Shown here: in pieces, positions 54,246 to 64,000 of the stretch
How positions within the stretch are numbered: the first letter of the stretch is position 1
Layout: every line of letters starts with the position of its first letter
NCBI GenBank assembly: GCA_021613535.1
Contig: CP075497.1
Coordinates: 10,912,001-10,976,000 of the forward strand
DNA: 64,000 nucleotides
Direction of reading: 5' to 3'
Source of the DNA: Adineta vaga
Lineage: Eukaryota; Animalia; Rotifera
Notes under the pieces: generated by a model
Told to the model about the DNA's origin: nothing
The model's database searches: none
Seen by the model: the letters and a program-made list of their open reading frames with translations, nothing else
Made by a program: the position numbers and the translations under genes

Positions 54246-57200
54246 ATGATAGTAAATATGATTTTATATAAATCATTTTCCTGTTTCGTGCTTCTATTAA
54301 TCTCAATATCAATCGTTTCTGCTCAAACATCATTGTATGTAGGTTATCGAACAAGTTTTTCATTTGTTACATCATGTTCAAATAATCAATATTATGATGC
54401 TGCATTATTACAATGTGTACCTTGTCCAACAAATGCTCAACAAAAAGCTAATGGTAATTTTTGCACAAACGATGTAGATAAGGATACAATTCTACTGACT
54501 ACATGTGTGTCTTTTTCTTTAGATTCAAGTCAATGCGACTGTGTCGATAATACCTACTATTATGGTGTGAATCAAGGCGGAGGTTCATTACTTTGTTTAC
54601 CATGCGGATCAAATTATGTACGTATCAGAATCTATTATTTGTGAGTGAAAGCTTTACCTTTTATTTTCTAAAGGTACGGTCAAGCGATGGATTCGGATGT
54701 ATTACTACTTCTGCCTCGACATGCAACTCGACAGGAACGAATAGTGTTATATGTAAATGATTCTCGTATATATTTCTCATTTTAAAAGAATAATTTATTT
54801 CGTGATTTTAGCTGAATCATCAATTGATGGAAATCTCTATTCACCAGTTACAATTTCTTCAAGTCAACCAAGAACTGGCGCTCAAAACTGTCTCATTTGC
54901 CAAAATGGAACATGGCCTGATCTTGATGGTCAACGGTTAGTTATAGTTTCGAAAACAAGATCTAGATCATTGTCTATTTCTCTTTATTAGTTGCACACCA
55001 TGTGCTAATATTACGCCTCGATTTGATATTGCAACAACAAGTGCTGCATGTTGTACGGCACAGGATACCGAAGTAATTTCAGAATTGATTTTTTTGTCCT
55101 TTTTTTCTTATATAAGAATCTATTTCTATCCGTTTTCGAAGGATGGTATGTGTCTAACTTATGTAAGAGATAATCCTGCAACTATTACCTTCGGCAATTT
55201 AAATCGATTTTCAGTACGTTAATTTTCTTGCATTTATTCTTCAAAAAAAAACAAAGATTGCATTCAAATTTAGTCATCAACACCATCAATATTCATTCAA
55301 AGACATCTTACAGCATCCTTTTATCTTTGTCGAGTAAATCTAGAAAATTTCCTTTCTTTCTAAAACATAAAAATCTCTTTCTTTTGTCTAGATGAATTTA
55401 AATTCAACAATTGTACAATCACCGACACGAATGCTCTTATCGAATGCAACTGCATGTCAAATTTTAGCAAATATTGCTGCCATGCAATTCTACTATGGTC
55501 AACTTGGTTATGCCTACTATCTTTACGATTCTTTCATATGGAATCCACAAATCTCGTCAATAGTTTGGACATCTGTAAACACTCGGTATCGAGAGAATGA
55601 TTTCTTTCAGTATAAGATTATTAAATATACTATTTTAGACCATCAATACCTTTTCTTGCTTATCCAACGACATATTATGATGAGATAACAAGTTCAACTT
55701 ATAATTGGATACCTTCTACATTCAATAAAAATGATATAATTACATTTAAACTTGCAAAATATTCTGCTACTGGACAATTCTTAGGATTAGTTGATGCGTT
55801 TGATGCTCATATGCAATTATGTGGAGGAGGTTATACAGACGGCCGAGCTGCATTTACATTCAGTACATTATATAAACGATCTGTAAGTTAAACTTAGGAT
55901 AAATTGTTATTCCAACTTTCTTTCTTTCCATAGTGTAATATTCGAGCGGATGCATTATGGAGTTCACCATTGTACGAAACAGCTTTCTTCGATCCATGTA
56001 AGTCTTTGACTGAATTGATTATGAAATAAACTATAATTGAATTAGATATTGTATTTACAAAATCTGGTGTACAAAATATGTTACCTGCTTCCGTAGTTAT
56101 CCTCAATTATCAATCAAATACTGGTGCGACTCCTAATCGAAATAGTGAGTTTTCATTGAAGAATTCTTTTTTACAAGACAAAAAGTAAATACTTTATTTC
56201 AGGTGATGAATCACTTTGGATTCATCATCGACGTTTTTTTCTACTTGATCGTCTCTCAGGCATTACAACCGATAATGGTATGTATACAAATTCAATTTTA
56301 TTGTGATCTATTCATTAGATAAATTTCTTCTAGAATTAAGAAGTATTCATTATGCTAAATCAATTCGAATTGTTAATACATTATCCAATGGAGGAAATTA
56401 TATTCAACCTCCTGCAATCTTTATCGAATATGGTGAATTAACATCATCGAATATCGGCAAAGATACTCTTGTTCAAGTAGGAAAAGTCATAGATATAATA
56501 TCAGTTGTTGTGTGTATATGTATTTAGTAATATTTGAAATCTTTATTTTCAAGATTAAGTCGTATGTTTTTGTCTGTTCTTTTATTGCATGATTTATGAT
56601 GAGATGATCGAATGTGCGTGCGCACGGCTTTCATAGATCAATGAGATTTAGTTTTCTTTATTTATTGTTCATCGATATAATGTTTGTTTTTTTGAAAAAG
56701 GTTTCGTTCGAATCGAATTATCAAATGAATCTTGATACGCATATTCGGGATATATGGATTGCAATTGGTGTTTTATCAGGTTTGGGTGTTCTTCTTGCTT
56801 TTGCTCGAACAACAGTTTGGCAATCACGAGAAGGAAAGGAAATTATTGATTTAGGCGTATGTTAAAATGATTTTCTTTACTTTTTTCTGATTTTTACTTT
56901 TTCTTTTCAAGACAATTCGAAAATTATTTCTTTACATATGTAATATTCTTGCTACAGTCTTCTTTATTGTCATGGCAGGTGTTTCATTATGGTGGTTAAT
57001 ATTTTTCAAAGTAAAATCTTATTTTCAATAATTTCAAAATTCAGTAGTCCTATTGTTATCTTAGAGACAAGATGCGATTTATCTTGTTATACCAACGAGT
57101 GTACAACAAATCTCATTTAGTGTATTAGTTGTTGTTGCCTTTATACTTAAAACATTGGACATTCTTCATTTAATCATTCGTCAAGCAAGTATGGATATAT

Positions 57201-58595
57201 TTTTCATTGATTGGGAAAAACCAAAAGCAGGTAGCAAGGTCAATGAATTGTTTGACGGAAAGTTCTTTTGTTTTCTTTTGAATTATTTAGGAAGTCTCAA
57301 TCCTGTGTCTGTCTGGCGAACATATTTTGTTGCAAATGAATTTCATGAAATTCAAACATTTCGTCGTATTAATCCAACAATTCAATTATTCTTTGTTCTA
57401 TTTATGCTCAAAGTAATTTCAATTCTTTTCATTAATAAACTTCATACGGTTTGTTTTTTCTAGGTAATTAATTTAGAGAATGTTGCTACAGTTCAATCAG
57501 GTGTCAATCTTTTCCCATCATCTACTGATTACCAAGCTGATTACAATGGTATTCTTCGTGTTGGTATTGCTTTTTCTATGTGGCTGGGAACAGGTATGAA
57601 TATCAATTCTTTTAGATTAATTATTTCAATCTTTCATTCGTGTAGGAATTATTCAATACTTACTTTATGTCGGTTTTTATGAACGTTTTTTTGAAGATCG
57701 TATTGTTAATTTTATTGATTTATGTTCTGTATCGAATATGAGTGTCTTTATTTTATCCGATAATCAATATGGATATTATATTCATGGTCGATCTCCACAT
57801 GGTACAACGGATGTTAATATGAAAGATATGTTGATTAATCTTGAACGTGAAGCAAATCAAATGAGTGCAACACGTGGTTTACAAGCTCAATCAGAAGAAC
57901 AAACGTTTATTATTAAAATTGATCGAGCATTTCGTGCACAATACGATAATTTACTTCAAAGTTATCAAGTAGAAAAAAAAATAGAATTTCAAGGAAATTT
58001 TAATTTGTTTGTTTCTTTTTAGAATCGATTTTTAACACTTGCTACACAGAAAAATCAAGAACAAGAATTAGAGAATCTAATGCAATCATATAAAAATTTA
58101 AATGAATTTTTATGTGCATTTATTGATCATGCTTTACCAACATATAATTATATAATACGTGTTCGATTTTTTATTGAAAAACTTCTCAATTATGAATTTC
58201 AAGTGTCAAATCCTGATGGAATACAAGGAACAACGGGCAGCATATTCTTTGTTGGTAAGATGAACAAATGAAAAAAAAGTAAATAGATTCGAATATGTAT
58301 CTTTTCATATGAATAGATCCTGAGAAAAACTTTCGAAGAGCCATGTTTGCTGGTCATGAAAATTCCTTATTCGTTTGGAATATGGCAACATTTCTTTTCA
58401 TTGATTATTTTGCATTTAATTATGTTTTAGCAGCAGTTATTACTTATGTACTTAATCTAGTAAGAATTAAAAGTTTTCTTTTCGTGAATCATATTCATAT
58501 TTGTATCTTTATAGATTGCCGTAAAAATGCGTGTTTCATTAGGAAGAAGAAATTTAGCGAAGAAAACATTAGTTGACAAACGATTTCTGATTTAA
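54246..58595 (+). CDS. TMEM67: Meckelin (TMEM67/MKS3), full length
   Basis: Signal peptide, cysteine-rich domain, NATACQILAN, RRFFLLD, DIFFIDWEKPK, VSVWRTYFVANEFHEIQ, FIDLCSVSNMSV, YGYYIHGRSPHG, ends LVDKRFLI. Confidence 0.95.
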
Positions 58596-58712
58596 AGTTT
58601 TGTATTAGTTTGAATTATTTGTTTATTAACAAATCTTTTCTTTTTTCTGTATTTACCGCCGTGTTTGAAATAAATTAATTTATAAAATTATGTTTGTGTC
58701 GTTTTTGTGTTT

Positions 58713-59761
58713 ATGATCGATGCATTATTCTCACGAAAGAATCGAAAAGAGAAAGTTGAAGATCGACAATCAGAAATTAATAAAATCGCTGAAAGATTTT
58801 TATTGAAAAAACGAATTGGTAGCGGAAGTTTTGGAGAGATTTATCTTGCGGATGATTTAAATGAAAATAAATCTGTAGCAGTCAAAACAGAACGAATTGA
58901 TACTCTTCATCCACAATTACCAAGTGAGTGAAAAAAGATATTGTGTTACGGATAGATGATTGTGTGTAGCTGAAAAAATGGCATTTGAACGAATGAAAGA
59001 TTCGATTGGTTTTCCGAAAATGATCTATTATGGTCGAGAAAAACGATATTATGTTTTAATTATGGATTTATTGGGTCCTTCATTAGAAGATCTATTCAAT
59101 TTTTGTCATCGTTATTTTACATTACATACAGCTTGTATGATCATTGATCAAGCGATTAGTCGAACACAGCAGATGCATAATCGATCTCTTATACATCGAG
59201 ATATTAAACCTGACAGTAGGTTTTTTCATCTGTTCAAATAATTGAACATAGTTTCATATAGATTTTCTGATGGGTATTGGTGATCAATCTCATATTTTAT
59301 ATTTTGTTGATTTTGGTTTAGCACAAGAATATCGTGATCTTGTTTCGTATGTTCATCGTAGATTTGTTACGGGTAAAAGTTTAACAGGAACTGCACGATA
59401 TGCATCATTACATACTCATCAAGGTCATGAACAAGCTCGTCGAGATGATCTTGAAGCTATTGTTTATAGTTTATTATATTTCTTACGAGGTTCGCTTCCA
59501 TGGCAAGGTTTAAAAGCTGAAACAAAACAACAAAAATATGAAAAAATAGCTGAATTGAAACAAACGATTTCCATTATTGAATTATGTTCGAATTTACCTT
59601 CACAGATCATTGCAATGTATATCTATGTTAAATCATTAACTTTTGATGAACAACCAGATTATGATTATATTAAACGACAATTACGTGCAATCATTGTTAC
59701 GAACAATCAGAAATATGATTATCGCTTCGATTGGGTTCGTAAAGTAAAAGAAATCAATTGA
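58713..59761 (+). CDS. Casein kinase 1 family protein kinase (3 exons, no C-terminal tail)
   Basis: IGSGSFGEIY, VAVK, LLGPSLEDLF, HRDIKPDN, DFG, KSLTGTARYAS, LPWQGLKA. Confidence 0.95.
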
Positions 59762-59976
59762 AATAAAATATCGATCTAGAAGCTACTCGAAGAACGAAAA
59801 GAACAAAAGTATTACTTTTTCTTTGAGTCTTAAATGCTAATTTTTTTTATTGACGTATTATTGTAAAAGTTAAGAGTGGTATAAGCCTTATGCAAATGCT
59901 CTTTTTTTCTCACTTTGACGAAATAAACTGAGAAGGTTAAATTATTTGTATCTCAATCATTGTAACTGATTTTCCG

Positions 59977-61182
59977 ATGATTTTTCCTATTATTTTCTTC
60001 ATTTTCCTATTCTTAAAAAGTGTTGTTGCTGATACTGCTGATGTCAGCTCTGAATTAGAACCTATTCGGGTGAAATATAACATGCCTGGATTGTCTACAT
60101 TAGCATTAAAAAATGGACAAATTATTGCACAAGGTGCAGCTGGTTATCGTCGACAAGGTGATCCAACACCTCTTCTCGTTACTGATCCTATCAATATAGG
60201 TTCATGTTCAAAATGGATGACAGCGACACTCGCTGGTCGTCTTGTCGATCGAAAACGTCTCTCATGGACTACACAAATTCATGAATGTTTCCCGAATTTT
60301 ATGAGTTTCAATAGTGTTTTTCGAAATGCAACTTTGGAACAATTCTTAGCACATCGATCCGGTGTACAACAAAGTACTACTTTCTACAGCCGATATTATA
60401 GCAAATTGATCGTACAGAAGGGTACATTTCGTGAAATTCGTCACTGGGTTGCTGAAACTGTTTTGAAAGATGCTCCAGAAGTTAAACCAGGTGAATATCT
60501 CTATGCTAATCAAGGTTATGCTGTTGCTGCTGCTATGATCGAACAGATTACAGGTCAAGATTGGGAAACGTTAATTCACGAATATGTTTTTGCTCCATTA
60601 AAAATGACTAGTGCCACTATTGGTGTCATTTATGATGAAAATATTCCACCTAAAACACCAGTAGGTCATGATTTACCTTTAAATGTAAAAACACCTGTTC
60701 CACGTCCACTTCTTCCTGCCAACGTTTTGCACAGTGACCAGAGTGCAACAGGTCCTGGTGGTTATATTGCTTGTACACTACAAGATTGGGCAAAATTTTT
60801 ACATGCACATGTTGTAGGTGTTACTACTGGTTATTTAAGTGCTGAAACAGCACAAAAACTAAAACGTCCATTTATTGGTGTGGAAGGTTATGGATTAGGT
60901 GTTTCTGCTTATAATCGTACTTGGGCAACACCAGGTCAAGCACTTGTTCATAGTGGAGATATTTTCGGTCAAGATACAGTTTTTTGGATGACTCCTAGTC
61001 GTGATCTAATTGTTGCTACTTATGCTAACTGTCGTTCTGATGATACATCAACTGGATCAGCTTTAGATACTGTTGCTGGCATGCTTATCGGTCGATATGC
61101 ATATAATATGACAAAGATGAGAGTTGCTTTTCATGAACCAATTATACTCGATCATTTATCTATTTTACCTCGTGATGCTTAA
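59977..61182 (+). CDS. Secreted beta-lactamase-family (class C/PBP-like) serine hydrolase, intronless
   Basis: Signal peptide; SxxK (IGSCSK), FLAHRSG, YxN (YAN), HSG triad. Confidence 0.9.
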   Translation: MIFPIIFFIFLFLKSVVADTADVSSELEPIRVKYNMPGLSTLALKNGQIIAQGAAGYRRQGDPTPLLVTDPINIGSCSKWMTATLAGRLVDRKRLSWTTQIHECFPNFMSFNSVFRNATLEQFLAHRSGVQQSTTFYSRYYSKLIVQKGTFREIRHWVAETVLKDAPEVKPGEYLYANQGYAVAAAMIEQITGQDWETLIHEYVFAPLKMTSATIGVIYDENIPPKTPVGHDLPLNVKTPVPRPLLPANVLHSDQSATGPGGYIACTLQDWAKFLHAHVVGVTTGYLSAETAQKLKRPFIGVEGYGLGVSAYNRTWATPGQALVHSGDIFGQDTVFWMTPSRDLIVATYANCRSDDTSTGSALDTVAGMLIGRYAYNMTKMRVAFHEPIILDHLSILPRDA

Positions 61183-61377
61183 GAAGTTTTAATTGAACTA
61201 TTTTGTGATTGAATAAAAATCTATTGGTAAAATAGAGGAGAAAATGACATGTTTGCATTCTTAGATTTCTCTGTTGTCATAGTACACTTTCATAAGAGAA
61301 AATAAAATTGATGATGATATATCACAACTATATGTCGCTTGTGTCAATATACACAGCGAGAGAGAGAGAGAGAGATG

Positions 61378-61394
61378 AGGCGTGATTTCTTCAA
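61378..61394 (+). repeat. (GA)n microsatellite
   Basis: Direct reading. Confidence 0.8.
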
Positions 61395-62103
61395 TGATCG
61401 TTTCTACAATAGACATCTTTCATATTCAATTCTTTTATCAGTGTACCATTCGAATAGATGTTTCATAGAATTTGATCATATATACAGATTGCTTGTTTCT
61501 TTCTTTCTCTGTCCGTGTGAAATATTCTTGTTCACTTGATTATTTCTTTCTCAGATTACAAAAAGTACCATGTACATATACATACCTCGTGTCAGTTAAC
61601 ATAGCCAATTAACAGACATCAGTACAATTTTTTCGTCTTCTTCTGTCTTAACGAGTTCTTTCATTCTTCAAGAATAGTTCAAATAATAATTAATCTACTT
61701 TGATCGTGATTAAAAAAAGAACATTAACGTGATCTTTACTTCCTCTTGAAACCTATTTCTATTATTACAATACACCACGATATAGAACATTGTGAATAAA
61801 ACATTGATTCTTCAACATACCGTATAATAAAGCAGATGCAGATGTATATATGATAGGGTAGTCAGTTGCTATCACTACTATCAATAAAGTGAATGAAGAG
61901 AAGAGAATAAATATGAGAGAAGAGAAGAGAATGAAAAAGATTTGTTAGTTGGCCAGAATTCTTATCGATTATGTGTATTTAGTATTTTTGCTGTCAAACT
62001 TCTCGTTTTTCCTTCGATTTTACTTTACACATTTTTTTCTTCATTAAAACACGAACATTCTTCACGATTATTCAAAGCTTTCTATAGATATTATCACAAT
62101 CAA

Positions 62104-63965
<1,862 letters not shown>

Positions 63966-64000
63966 ATATTATGTTTATGATTTGTATTTCATACAATCGC

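Noticed and set aside
56478-56700. Long TMEM67 intron containing ATGATGA as a possible C/D snoRNA
   Set aside because: No downstream CTGA D box or terminal stem found.
56478-62100. Alternative splicing of TMEM67 ectodomain exons onto the second membrane module
   Set aside because: The donor at 56477 is phase 0, but the acceptors before the second module (62077, 62087) are phase 1 and 2. It would also have to skip two same-strand genes.

Overview
AT-rich (roughly 30% GC by eye), gene-dense eukaryotic DNA with many ~45-65 nt GT-AG introns. Metazoan housekeeping and ciliary genes are interspersed with intronless or intron-poor bacterial/fungal-like genes. This pattern is most consistent with a bdelloid rotifer (inference). 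Gene order: CCDC138(-), ICMT-family pseudogene(+), BAG6(+), ASPHD-like(+), small membrane protein(+), NCAPG(+), NDOR1(-), CCHCR1 copy 1(+), novel repeat protein(+), COG1(-), EIF3B(+), MRPS34(+), TauD-family dioxygenase(+), ARFGEF3/BIG3(-), DNAAF4(+), secreted fungal/actinobacterial-like protein(+), CCHCR1 copy 2(-), DNM1L(-), TMEM67(+), casein kinase 1(+), beta-lactamase-family serine hydrolase(+), ectodomain-less TMEM67 paralogue(+). Most striking unexplained signals: (1) an intronic box C/D RNA in EIF3B whose two guides together are complementary to nt 1-18 of U2 snRNA; (2) an intact meckelin paralogue lacking the entire extracellular domain; (3) a ~3.5 kb inverted duplication with patchy identity bracketing ~26 kb; (4) four candidate horizontally acquired genes at different stages (intact intronless, intron-containing, pseudogenised). 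Gene names come from recognising motifs from memory, not from database searches. Multi-exon coordinates are whole-gene spans.
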